From Promethearchaeota archaeon (GTDB taxonomy: Archaea > Asgardarchaeota > Lokiarchaeia > Sigyniarchaeales > Promethearchaeaceae): 32,000 nt of DNA. The notes below the pieces were generated by a model that worked only from the letters and a program-made list of their open reading frames with translations, was not told the origin of the DNA and searched no databases. Positions 1 through 9,423 of the stretch are shown one piece after another; within the stretch, counting starts at the first letter, position 1; the number at the start of each line of letters is the position of its first letter. A program made the translations under genes and the position numbers. Location of the stretch: NCBI GenBank assembly GCA_016933055.1, contig JAFGBS010000019.1, positions 120,001-152,000 of the forward strand, written 5' to 3'.

Positions 1-2825
1 GTATACGCGTATACTTGATAGGTCTTTCCCTCCGCTGGGGAGCCCACTAAATTGGTATCTAGTAGGTATTGTTCGATGTTTCCAGGAGATAGAACATAAT
101 TATGGTTTTGTGCTAAGTTGGAACGATCATATCTAACTCCATCAATTTCGAAGTGCTTAATATTGACTACACTTTCTCCGGTATTTTCTATCTGTAACTG
201 GAAACCCAGATATCCATTAGATAAAACACTCGAATATTCTCTATTGATACTCAATGAGTAGGTTGGGACATCTACTACCAATTTTGTGTCCGATGAATTG
301 GAAAATTCATATTTCAAACCATCAAATTTATCCGCTTCTGCAATTATGGTTACATTATAGCGATCGTTTAAGTTCCAAGTGGTTTCCGTATCTACCCAGA
401 TAGTCTTTGTTTCCTCAGCCTCAATTACGGTATCATCATCTTCAATAATAAAATCGTATTCTTCATTGTTCAATTTCACGGAAGTAATGGTAATATCTCG
501 CTCTCCAGTATTTACAACTTCTACATTGGCTAAACCATTGGTCGACAACTGCGGATTTTGCACTTCAAATGAGGATTCCAAGGCAGTATAATCCATTTTA
601 TAAATTTTTACAAGGTGATTTGAAGAGAAATAATATTTCTGGAATACTTTAAAATCATATTCTCCGTCAGTCGGTATGTGATCAGACCAGAGTTTGCCGT
701 TATCATCTCTTCGAGGACTTCTTCCCTCTGCTTCATTTCCACCAATCATTTGGGCATATTGGCTCGCCAAATAACTATAATAGGTACTAGTTTGCTGTAA
801 TGGCATCTTTGGGGAACTGAGGTCGGTGGGTTCATCGTAAAACATTAGTCTCACTAATTGGGAGTTGAACCATTTATCTTCATACATACCTGAACTTGAG
901 TTGATGTATTCGTCTTCATTAAATACAGAAATAATCTCTCCTTGCTCATCTCGATACCAATTATCTTTTGCAAGCCCCCACGATTCATATCGTGTTGTAT
1001 AATCATTACAGATTCGAAGCATCCATGGCCATTTACCCTCGTCTCCTCCAATCGAATTTATCATAAACCCAAAGAAGACAAGTACATAATCTGCACCCAA
1101 TCGTTTGAAAATTTCTGCGCTATAAAGCTCATTGGATTGCATCATAGCCATACCTGTGAGACCGAGACGTGTATGATTGAGAGTTGCATTATCATTTACA
1201 GTAGTGACATTCCCTAAAACAGTTAACCAATACCCATAATCCCACCACGATACTACAACTGTTCCCGGTGGTAAATTTTCTCGCACAAATGAGAGGGATT
1301 CTTCCCAGTCATGTATTTGATTAAGTGTTACTAATTCGCTATATGACATTTGATCAATAGAAACGGTTGTGGCATGGTTAATTTGTGCAAAAAACATAAA
1401 TCCGACTAGTATAAATACCACTACTCCTTCTGCAGCACTCAATGTTTGACGGATTTGCCGTTTTCTTCTCCTTGTGATGGTCTGTTGTTTTTGCATTAAG
1501 GAACCAAAAAATTTCAGAACATAGGTCAATCCATACGCACCGATCAAAGAAAGTGCAGGGGATAACAGTAATATGATTCGAATCATTGAACCGGTAAAAT
1601 AAAGCAAAGTCAAAGCGAATACTAGCATTAAGATATCCTCTTCCCGGTTTCGTTTGATCGCAAAAAATACTCCCAGTGGTGTTAAAATAACGGGAATTAG
1701 AGTGTTATAGTAAAATACTGACCAAGGGGAGGGTTTATGCTCCCCAACGGATGCCACAAGATTGATTGCTTGTCGAATGGTAGGATTTAAGATACTTGTC
1801 GCTCTTGAGCTTAAACCGAATGGAAGAATTTCAGGAGCTACCCAAAATATTATCCCGAAAACAAGTAAAGCAGGAATAGTTCCCCACTTGATAACATTCC
1901 AGATAATTTTATAAATTTTGGGATTCTTTGTTTTTTGAACGTGTAATATATGATATCCAATCATAAAAAAGAGGAAAAGAACGGGAATTGCAATTTCCAT
2001 ATCATTTAATACGGTTGTTGATGGTGAAAATGTTGGATTTACCATATATACCAATACACCCGTTCCAACTGATCCAATATATGCTACTAATAATCTTGCC
2101 GAATATTTTCCTATCAGTATCATTATCAAGCAAGCTAAAGGTAGGAGGAGAAAACCAAATGTTAGACCTCCCCAACTCAAAGCAAGAATTCCTAGGAAGA
2201 TACCGGATATTATCGAGTTATAAAATTTATCCGTTTTTATCGCGCGGATGAAAAATAAAAACAGCATTAAAACGGAAAACACTCCAATAGTTTCATTATC
2301 AAAGAATCCCGCAACTGTACGTTGTATATGACCGGGGCTAAATGCGATAAAGAATGCTGCGAGTAATCCACAACGGGGGTCCAATACCTCCTTTCCGAGA
2401 TAGTACATAGCCAAAATGGTAAATCCTCCCATAATGGCAGGCCAAAAAAATGCAACCTCGTATAAGGTTACTTGAATTCCAAAGAATGTTAAAATATTGT
2501 ATAAGATTGCTGTGGCAAATACTAGTCCAGGGCGCAAGTTAAAGCGGTCGATTCCCTCGGGAAACCAGCTCTGGAATGAACGCCAATGAAAAAAATCGTA
2601 CACTCCATTCTCTACGAGATATTCGGTAGTATGATATTGAATCCATGGATCGAAAGCTTTAATCAATGGAGCACCTCTAAAAATTGGGCTTAATCGGATT
2701 AATACTCCCATTGCAATGATGACTATTAACGCAATAAAAACAACAACGGAATCGCTACGCACTCGCACAGAAGTTTTCATACGATCCCAAATATCTGTGA
2801 ACCATTTCTGGACTTTTTTTACCAT
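1..2825 (-). CDS. aglB: Oligosaccharyltransferase AglB/STT3, 3'-truncated by the window edge (>940 aa)
   Basis: Manual translation from ATG at 2825 (MVKKVQKWFTDIWDR...) stays open to base 1. Motifs: AFDPWIQY, GFFDNETIG, ASVGEHKP, SWWDYGYW (WW codons at 1242-1247), GGDEGKWPWMLRI (DK motif). Multi-TM N-terminal half. Absent from the ORF track because no stop lies in the window. Confidence 0.97.
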   Translation of the reverse strand, partial: MVKKVQKWFTDIWDRMKTSVRVRSDSVVVFIALIVIIAMGVLIRLSPIFRGAPLIKAFDPWIQYHTTEYLVENGVYDFFHWRSFQSWFPEGIDRFNLRPGLVFATAILYNILTFFGIQVTLYEVAFFWPAIMGGFTILAMYYLGKEVLDPRCGLLAAFFIAFSPGHIQRTVAGFFDNETIGVFSVLMLFLFFIRAIKTDKFYNSIISGIFLGILALSWGGLTFGFLLLPLACLIMILIGKYSARLLVAYIGSVGTGVLVYMVNPTFSPSTTVLNDMEIAIPVLFLFFMIGYHILHVQKTKNPKIYKIIWNVIKWGTIPALLVFGIIFWVAPEILPFGLSSRATSILNPTIRQAINLVASVGEHKPSPWSVFYYNTLIPVILTPLGVFFAIKRNREEDILMLVFALTLLYFTGSMIRIILLLSPALSLIGAYGLTYVLKFFGSLMQKQQTITRRRKRQIRQTLSAAEGVVVFILVGFMFFAQINHATTVSIDQMSYSELVTLNQIHDWEESLSFVRENLPPGTVVVSWWDYGYWLTVLGNVTTVNDNATLNHTRLGLTGMAMMQSNELYSAEIFKRLGADYVLVFFGFMINSIGGDEGKWPWMLRICNDYTTRYESWGLAKDNWYRDEQGEIISVFNEDEYINSSSGMYEDKWFNSQLVRLMFYDEPTDLSSPKMPLQQTSTYYSYLASQYAQMIGGNEAEGRSPRRDDNGKLWSDHIPTDGEYDFKVFQKYYFSSNHLVKIYKMDYTALESSFEVQNPQLSTNGLANVEVVNTGERDITITSVKLNNEEYDFIIEDDDTVIEAEETKTIWVDTETTWNLNDRYNVTIIAEADKFDGLKYEFSNSSDTKLVVDVPTYSLSINREYSSVLSNGYLGFQLQIENTGESVVNIKHFEIDGVRYDRSNLAQNHNYVLSPGNIEQYLLDTNLVGSPAEGKTYQVYAY

Positions 2826-3038
2826 TGTAATCCCTTGTTAGATATCGTAGAAAATCCTTTTCATTTCTACTTGGTTAGGTTTTCAGATGAAGAGCTCTTT
2901 TTAAGATATTTGGTAACTATCTCGAATTATTCATTAACTCATTTATTGGGTAATAAAATCCATACAGTTAGATGATAAATTTGAATTAGAAAACCGTGGA
3001 AACGCAAACATTTAATCAATATTTTAATAGTCCTAGTT

Positions 3039-3431
3039 ATGCCTACGATTCATCCCCCATTGGTAAATGCTCCAATGAAATTAACAGTTGATAATGAGGA
3101 GATTTCATTGATTCAATTTATTTACGATATAATTCTCAACCAAAATTTGGAATTATTCATTTTACTTAAGCGAATTCCCACCAAGGAAGAAATTCAGAGT
3201 TTTCAATTGACCATCCGACCCCAATATAATCCTGATGGCAATATCATAACAGCAATCTCGAAATCTTCTATGGATCCAATTGCATTGGTTACCTTGTTTA
3301 TTAACGAAAAACGAGTAGGATTAAAACAATTCGTTCAAAATATCATATTTGGGATAAATTTTGGCATAATTCAGACACTGGAAGGATATACGGGCAAAAT
3401 TGAAGAAATCCAACTTACTTACAAAAAGTAG
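3039..3431 (+). CDS. Hypothetical protein with two tandem copies of a MobB C-terminal-like domain
   Basis: Internal repeat MKLTVDNEEISLIQFIYDII...EEIQSFQLTI / VTLFINEKRVGLKQFVQNII...EEIQLTY. Resembles from memory the C-terminal extension of archaeal MobB proteins. Confidence 0.55.
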   Translation: MPTIHPPLVNAPMKLTVDNEEISLIQFIYDIILNQNLELFILLKRIPTKEEIQSFQLTIRPQYNPDGNIITAISKSSMDPIALVTLFINEKRVGLKQFVQNIIFGINFGIIQTLEGYTGKIEEIQLTYKK

Positions 3432-3529
3432 TGTTAGAAAGCAATCACCAAAAGTCTTTTCAAGGACGGAATTGAATTATTGCGTTACTCAGGCGCCTAA
3501 AAGTAGATTTTCCATTTAATGGGATAAAA

Positions 3530-4393
3530 ATGACAATCAAAACCAACTATATTTTGTTTAAAACATTTTACTTAGGTGATGACTATTATGGGTCACAACG
3601 CCAACCGGATTTGCTGACGGTTGAGGGGGCGATCCTTAAAGCTTTACATAAAAAAGGATATCTCAGTGATGCTCATTACGAGGATCAGATAATACACAGT
3701 GCGGGGCGAACAGATGCAGGAGTGCATGCTCGAGCAATGACTTACGGATTTTTCAACCAACGAGAGGATTTTCATCCCATGGAAGTAAATACCGCTTTAC
3801 CTGATACAATCTTAATCTGGAGTGCCACTAAAATTCTGGTAATAAATGAGATTCCTACGATCCACCCCCGATTTCAAGCACTTCAACGTCAGTATAAATT
3901 CTTCGTTCAAGATGTCAATCAGAAGCTCAATACTTCCTTGGTTCGGCGAGTTGTCACTCAATTAACCGGAACCCATGATTTTCGTAATTTTGCAAAAACG
4001 CATCCGAATACCAATACTATCAGGACAATTGACAAAATTGAATTTCAGAGAAAGCAACATATATGGGAGTTTGACTTTCAAGCAAAAAGTTTTCTTTGGA
4101 ACCAGATTCGGAAAATGATGCGTGTAATCCTGGAAGTTGGTAAGTCAAATTGGTCATTCGATGTTGTTCATTCATTATTGGATCCAAATAATACCTCTTA
4201 TGCAACTAAACTTGAACCGTTGGCGCCAGAAGGGCTGATCTTATGGAATATTCTTTATCCCTCAGGTGTTAAGTTTCAAAATTGTGAAATTTCCGTACAA
4301 AAATTGAATAATTTGGTAAGTACGTGGATTCAATATCATCAGGTACGAGAACTATTCCTAAAACAAATACAATCATCCTTCAAGCAAACATAG
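3530..4393 (+). CDS. truA: tRNA pseudouridine(38-40) synthase TruA
   Basis: Y.G.DYYGSQRQP, AGRTDAGVHA (catalytic Asp), GTHDFRNF, AKSFLWNQIRKM, LAPEGLIL. Confidence 0.96.
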   Translation: MTIKTNYILFKTFYLGDDYYGSQRQPDLLTVEGAILKALHKKGYLSDAHYEDQIIHSAGRTDAGVHARAMTYGFFNQREDFHPMEVNTALPDTILIWSATKILVINEIPTIHPRFQALQRQYKFFVQDVNQKLNTSLVRRVVTQLTGTHDFRNFAKTHPNTNTIRTIDKIEFQRKQHIWEFDFQAKSFLWNQIRKMMRVILEVGKSNWSFDVVHSLLDPNNTSYATKLEPLAPEGLILWNILYPSGVKFQNCEISVQKLNNLVSTWIQYHQVRELFLKQIQSSFKQT

Positions 4394-5332
4394 TTTCGCC
4401 AATAGAGCATTTAATTGGACCTTTTCGGTTGCTCCTCGACTTAATCGATACTCAATTTGACTGAGAATTCGAATTATGCGCATTTTGATTAGTTCTTCCA
4501 ATTCCATGTCATATACTTCTGTATGCATTTGGGAAAGTAAATTACGTGCACTCAATCCATGTTCCAACGTAAGAGTATCTAATATAGATTTGGCTTCCAT
4601 GAGTTTACCCTTGAGTGCCGTATGAATCATTCTTCGTATATCTTCGGGAGATATTCTCCCGGCAATCTTGAATACGATCTCTTCTTGAATAGTGTTATCT
4701 ATGGAGGAGCTAGCTTGAAGATAATTAACTGCTCGACGCAAATCTCCATTCGCCACATAAATTAATGCTTGCAATCCCGAAGGTGTAAGGGTAATTTTTT
4801 CTTGTTCGGCGACATATTCAATTCTTTTTCTTATGTCTTCCTCGGTCAATTTGCTGAAACGAAATACTACGCATCTAGATTGAATCGGTAATATAATCTG
4901 ATTCGAATAATTGCAGATCAGAATCATTCTACAAATATGGGTATAATTTTCCATTGTCCGACGTAATGCTTGTTGAGCAGCGCCGGTCATATGGTCAGCT
5001 TCATCTAAGATAATCACCTTAAAGGGAATCTCTTCAATCACTATCGTTTTAGCAAATTCCTTAACGAGTGTTCGGATAACATCAATTCCCCGAGCATCAC
5101 TCGCATTTAATTCAAGATACGTCTGATGATGTTTCATTTTACCCCTTTGAATATCTCTTACTAGCGCCAAAGCAGAGGTCGTTTTTCCCGTACCCGCCGG
5201 TCCCGCAAAAATCAAATGAGGCATTGTAGAATCTGCAACGAATTTTTTTAAGCGTCCTACGATTTTTTCTTGACCAACCACATCCTGTAAATGGCGTGGG
5301 CGATATTTTTCAACAAATGGTTGCTCGATCAT
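4373..5332 (-). CDS. rfcS: Replication factor C small subunit
   Basis: PFVEKYRP, Walker A GPAGTGKT, ELNASDARGID, Walker B ILDEAD, SRC motif; 319 aa, no intein. Confidence 0.98.
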   Translation of the reverse strand: MIEQPFVEKYRPRHLQDVVGQEKIVGRLKKFVADSTMPHLIFAGPAGTGKTTSALALVRDIQRGKMKHHQTYLELNASDARGIDVIRTLVKEFAKTIVIEEIPFKVIILDEADHMTGAAQQALRRTMENYTHICRMILICNYSNQIILPIQSRCVVFRFSKLTEEDIRKRIEYVAEQEKITLTPSGLQALIYVANGDLRRAVNYLQASSSIDNTIQEEIVFKIAGRISPEDIRRMIHTALKGKLMEAKSILDTLTLEHGLSARNLLSQMHTEVYDMELEELIKMRIIRILSQIEYRLSRGATEKVQLNALLAKLCLLEG

Positions 5333-5447
5333 GGTTCCATTCTAACCCTCAGTATATGGCTGTAATTTACTCCACATTTAAATCTTTACTGCGTCGACCG
5401 AACTAATCCAAACAAATTTATTTTTGGTAATACGATTGTATCACGAG

Positions 5448-6749
5448 ATGGCAAATACAAACATTACAAAAATCAAAAGCCGATGGATTCTAGATTCACG
5501 CGGAAATCCTACCGTAGAAACGGATGTATATTGTGGAGATATTTGGGCACGTGCAGTTGTTCCCTCTGGCGCATCTACTGGTGAAGCGGAAGCGTTGGAA
5601 CTCCGAGATGGAGGGAAAGCGTTTTTAGGCAAAGGCGTAATGAAAGCGGTACAAAATGTGAATGATATTTTAGCACAAAAATTGCAGAAATTCGATGTGT
5701 TAGATCAAGAAAAAATTGATGCCGAGATGATTGCAATTGATGGTTCCGATAATAAAGGCAACTTGGGTGCAAATGCCATACTATCAGTATCTCTTGCTTC
5801 AGCACGACTTGCTGCAAAATTGAGCAACAAACCTTTATATCAATACATTTATGAGATTGCGTACAAAAAAACTACTGAACGATTCTTAATCCCGATACCT
5901 CAAAGTAATGTATTAAACGGGGGAAAGCATGCCGGATCTAATCTATCCATTCAAGAATTTATGATTCTCCCCGTTGGTGCCAAAAACTTCAGCCATGCAG
6001 TCCAAATGGTTGCCGAAACTTATCAATTTCTCAAAAAAATTCTAACGGAAAAATATGGGAAATCTTCCATCAATGTGGGGGATGAAGGGGGTTTCGCACC
6101 AAATCTACAAACTACTCGAGAAGCATTGGACATTATAATTGCCGCTATTGAAAATGCAGGATATACACCGGGATTGGATTTTGTATTGGGACTAGATGCA
6201 GCAGCAAGTGAGTTCCATCATAATGGCCTGTATAATATTGATGGGAAGAAATTGAATGAACCCGAGTTGGTGGAATATTTCCTTCAACTTGTGGAAGAAT
6301 ATCCCTTGAAGAACATAGAAGATCCTTTTAATGAAGAATCCTTCGAAGCGTTCGCAGAATTAACCCGAAAGGTACGAGATGTGAATATTGTAGTTGATGA
6401 TTTGACTGTCACGAATGTTAAACGCCTACAAAAAGCCATCAATATAGGAGCGGGAAACTCGTTATTGCTAAAGGTCAATCAAATTGGAACATTAACCGAG
6501 GCTATTTCTGCGGCAATGTTGTCAATGAAAAATTATTATAGTGTGGTTGTATCCCACCGATCGGGAGAGACTTGTGACAACTTCATCAGTGATTTAGCTG
6601 TGGGATTGTGCAACGGGCAAACGAAAATTGGTGCACCATGTCGTTCGGATCGAAACTCAAAATATAATCAATTACTACGGATTGAAGAGGAACTTAACAT
6701 GAAGGCGACGTTTCCAAAAACCTTCAAGGATTGGAGAAACTTCATATAA
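5448..6749 (+). CDS. eno: Enolase (phosphopyruvate hydratase); likely start ATG 5448, ORF track starts at TTG 5424
   Basis: ILDSRGNPTVE, VPSGASTG, GGKHAG, QEFM, GDEGGF, LDAAASEF, IEDP, LLKVNQIGTLTE, VSHRSGET, KYNQLLRIEEEL. Confidence 0.98.
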   Translation: MANTNITKIKSRWILDSRGNPTVETDVYCGDIWARAVVPSGASTGEAEALELRDGGKAFLGKGVMKAVQNVNDILAQKLQKFDVLDQEKIDAEMIAIDGSDNKGNLGANAILSVSLASARLAAKLSNKPLYQYIYEIAYKKTTERFLIPIPQSNVLNGGKHAGSNLSIQEFMILPVGAKNFSHAVQMVAETYQFLKKILTEKYGKSSINVGDEGGFAPNLQTTREALDIIIAAIENAGYTPGLDFVLGLDAAASEFHHNGLYNIDGKKLNEPELVEYFLQLVEEYPLKNIEDPFNEESFEAFAELTRKVRDVNIVVDDLTVTNVKRLQKAINIGAGNSLLLKVNQIGTLTEAISAAMLSMKNYYSVVVSHRSGETCDNFISDLAVGLCNGQTKIGAPCRSDRNSKYNQLLRIEEELNMKATFPKTFKDWRNFI

Positions 6750-7443
6750 TCCTTTTTTTTTCCATTTTGTACACATCTGCCATAATTTCTTTTCGTTTTT
6801 TTTTATGAAATGCGTAACTACTTACCAGAACAATTTTTTGGGAATGGATTGTGCTAGTACCCCACCCATTTCTCTCAATGAAGCGCTGGATGAAGCTCCT
6901 GGTTTTAGGATTTGAAAGATGAAGAGAATAGATTGTATCACTTATCTGCATTGCGAGGTTTAAGAAAGGACGGTCAGCATTTTTTGAGTGAACACCAAAG
7001 GGAGGATTCATAATACAGATTATATTGCATTCAAGTTGATTGCACGCTCTCGACTTATATGCATTTATTCGATTGATAAGCTCTGAAATCTCTTCAGGAT
7101 GGATCTTGGCGATATCACACTGAATGATTTCGACATCATCTAATAGGTCCAAAGTGTCAGCATTATTAGTAAGAACTTCTATCGCGCTTTTGTCTATTTC
7201 AAAAGCATACACCCGTTTTGCGCCTAATAATAAAGAGCTTAGCCCTAAACGACCAGTACCCGCACCCAGATCAAGAATAATATTATTTGCTATATCCCCA
7301 TTATCCACTGCAACATAGTATAAAAAATCTACCGTGCTGACTGCGTCAGTCACGTATTGCTCTAATCTAATATCTGGAGACTCAAATCCTTGCATGGATT
7401 GAACTATAGAGATTAAATTCTTCTTTTTGATAGGATACTTCAT
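6742..7443 (-). CDS. METTL5-family SAM-dependent N6-adenine RNA methyltransferase (COG2263-like)
   Basis: LEQYVT N-terminal motif, motif I LDLGAGTG, motif IV NPPFG; next to csl4 as in many archaea. Confidence 0.9.
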   Translation of the reverse strand: MKYPIKKKNLISIVQSMQGFESPDIRLEQYVTDAVSTVDFLYYVAVDNGDIANNIILDLGAGTGRLGLSSLLLGAKRVYAFEIDKSAIEVLTNNADTLDLLDDVEIIQCDIAKIHPEEISELINRINAYKSRACNQLECNIICIMNPPFGVHSKNADRPFLNLAMQISDTIYSLHLSNPKTRSFIQRFIERNGWGTSTIHSQKIVLVSSYAFHKKKRKEIMADVYKMEKKRII

Positions 7444-7562
7444 TTTCGGTTAATTTTTTTAGGTTTGGTTAATTTTTAAGCTTGTAATTGGTACCAAGAA
7501 AACAATAAGTTTTGGAAAAAGACAAATTTTCTCTTGAGAAACTACAAATTCGTGAGATTTAT

Positions 7563-8138
7563 ATGACTGAAGTTAAAGAAGGACATTTCGTGATGATAGG
7601 AGATTTTATCGCCGGTGCAGAAGAATATGTGTATGAAGATCCATCCCGCATTCATGAAATTGATGGAAAACTTTACGCATCCATTTCGGGTAAAATCCAT
7701 ATTGATCCCGTAAAACGTACAATAAATGTTGAAAATGATAAGATTGAATCCCGTGAAGTAAAACCAGGTGATTTAGTGGTAGGCCAAGTGGAATTCATGC
7801 GAAGATATACTGTTGGCTTGCGCATTTATATTATTAATGATCGTCACATCTTCGATGGGTCCTTATATGGCAATATTCATATTAGTAACATCAGCAAACA
7901 ATATACCGAGAAAGTAGAGGAAGCCTATAAAAAAACCGACATCGTGAGGGCTCGGGTCGTTGAACAATGGAATGATGAATTTGAATTAACGACAGATGCT
8001 CCTGATTTAGGTGTAATCTCGTGTTCTTGCAACATTTGTGGAACTACCATGAAAAGAACTGGTAGGAGAAATGTTGAATGTCCTTTCTGTGGAAATAAAG
8101 GATTGAGAAAATTATCGGATGATTTTCTCTCCGAATGA
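7563..8138 (+). CDS. csl4: Exosome complex RNA-binding protein Csl4; likely start ATG 7563
   Basis: N-terminal GDFIAGAEEY domain, S1 domain (VKPGDLVVGQV...G.IHISNIS...YKKTDIVRARV), C-terminal Zn ribbon CNICG...CPFCG...RKLS. Confidence 0.93.
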   Translation: MTEVKEGHFVMIGDFIAGAEEYVYEDPSRIHEIDGKLYASISGKIHIDPVKRTINVENDKIESREVKPGDLVVGQVEFMRRYTVGLRIYIINDRHIFDGSLYGNIHISNISKQYTEKVEEAYKKTDIVRARVVEQWNDEFELTTDAPDLGVISCSCNICGTTMKRTGRRNVECPFCGNKGLRKLSDDFLSE

Positions 8139-8167
8139 TATTCGTATTGCACTTGGAGAAAGAAAAA

Positions 8168-8476
8168 ATGGCAAAACATTCCAAAAAGAAAATACATTTC
8201 ACTTTTATTGACCTCTCGGAAGCCGAAGCTTTTCTTGAATTAGTACAACGGAAAAAGATGTATGCAAATGTTACGGCAAATTTTTTTCCATCGGGAAAAT
8301 TAGAATTAACACTGGTCGGATCTCCTGAGAACATCAAATTCAGTATCCAAAAACTAAAAAAATTACGTAAATCTCTTATACAATCCCCAAGTAAGATTAA
8401 TACATTTTCAGAAGATGAAAGTGAGGACATAGATCTTAAATTACAATTGAAAAAATTAAAATTTGAAGAATCCTAA
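8168..8476 (+). CDS. Short DUF2067-like protein (N-terminal part only); alternative start ATG 8135 overlaps the csl4 stop
   Basis: IHFTFIDLSEAEAFLELVQR...KLELTLVGSPENIKFSIQKLKKL resembles the DUF2067 N-terminus from memory; sits between csl4 and rpoL, the usual position of that family. Confidence 0.55.
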   Translation: MAKHSKKKIHFTFIDLSEAEAFLELVQRKKMYANVTANFFPSGKLELTLVGSPENIKFSIQKLKKLRKSLIQSPSKINTFSEDESEDIDLKLQLKKLKFEES

Positions 8477-8522
8477 AAACATTCTAATCTAATTTGAATA
8501 GTTGTTATTATCTTTAAGAGAA

Positions 8523-8930
8523 ATGGGTACAATGGCAGAAGAAAAACCTAATAAGATCGAAACCGAGGAAAAAAAGGAAAATTCGGAAGAGTTGGAAAAC
8601 GATGATGATTTATTATCATTGGAAGAAGAAGAGGAAGAGCAGCTTAAAGACTATAAACACCTAAAAGCACGGTTGATGGACCAGAAGAAAGATACGTATC
8701 GTATAGAATTTATTGCTGCTTCTCACGGATTTCTTAATTATTTGACAAATATTCTCCTTACGGAAAATGAAGTAGAATATGCGGCATATAAAAAAACTAC
8801 CTTGGGAAATCCCATCATGACCATTATTACAGATGGATCTACTCCGATAAAGAAAATTCTCCAAAATGCATGCAAAAAAATAGATGATGAATTAAAAGCT
8901 ATTCAGAATGCATTTAAAGCTGAATTTTAA
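8523..8930 (+). CDS. rpoL: DNA-directed RNA polymerase subunit L (Rpo11) with acidic N-terminal extension; start at ATG 8523 or 8532
   Basis: YRIEF...SHGFLNYL...EVEYAAY...P.MTIITDG...C-terminal helix; synteny with csl4. Confidence 0.85.
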   Translation: MGTMAEEKPNKIETEEKKENSEELENDDDLLSLEEEEEEQLKDYKHLKARLMDQKKDTYRIEFIAASHGFLNYLTNILLTENEVEYAAYKKTTLGNPIMTIITDGSTPIKKILQNACKKIDDELKAIQNAFKAEF

Positions 8931-9322
8931 GTAAGTGTCTTTTTTTCTGTTAATTTTACAATAGCAAACGTGGTGACAAGGTCTATTATTAATCCGTAGC
9001 CAATACCGGCAAAAAAATACGTCAATGTAACTGCTTGTTGTAAAAATGAAAAACTTACAGAAATTAAGGCTCCTAATAGTACACCTCTTAGTACGGCTTC
9101 GATAATTCGATACTTCTCGTTCAAGAAATGGAACTCACCGGCAAATCCAATTACTAATCCCATTATCAAGCGATTATACCATGCTCCGAGTAAATAAATC
9201 GAAGCACTGGGTAAGGGAGATGGTGGCATACGCATTCTTACACCAAGAATACAAAAAATCCCCAAGAGCGACCCTAATAGGGTACTAATCAAAGTTCGTA
9301 GGTATATTTTCTTCATATGCAT
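8927..9322 (-). CDS. Hypothetical 4-TM membrane protein
   Basis: Four hydrophobic Gly-rich segments (LLGSLLGIFCILG, YNRLIMGLVIG, GVLLGALIS, GIGYGLIID). Confidence 0.7.
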   Translation of the reverse strand: MHMKKIYLRTLISTLLGSLLGIFCILGVRMRMPPSPLPSASIYLLGAWYNRLIMGLVIGFAGEFHFLNEKYRIIEAVLRGVLLGALISVSFSFLQQAVTLTYFFAGIGYGLIIDLVTTFAIVKLTEKKTLT

Positions 9323-9423
9323 AAGATACCCTAGTGGTTTTTAATTCTCCCGTTTTACTAAAAAAAGTGTTAATGAAAATATTTGGATGATAGGGATATC
9401 ATAAATGAGAGGTAATAAAGAGA

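Noticed and set aside
379-2455. Short ORFs 379-591, 854-1051, 942-1217, 1988-2251, 2267-2455
   Set aside because: All lie within the long aglB frame, antisense or out of frame, and have no motifs. The same applies to the other short ORFs nested in eno, aor, tuf, dam, ligA and polX.
4373-5332. Intein in the RFC small subunit
   Set aside because: Length is canonical and the Walker A region is uninterrupted.
6380-6420. Enolase VVDD instead of the usual VGDD
   Set aside because: Single Gly-to-Val change (one base); all metal ligands and catalytic residues are intact, so there is no case for altered function.
5448-8138. Enolase next to an exosome gene as a degradosome analogue
   Set aside because: Proximity only; eno is separated by an opposite-strand gene and nothing else supports a link.
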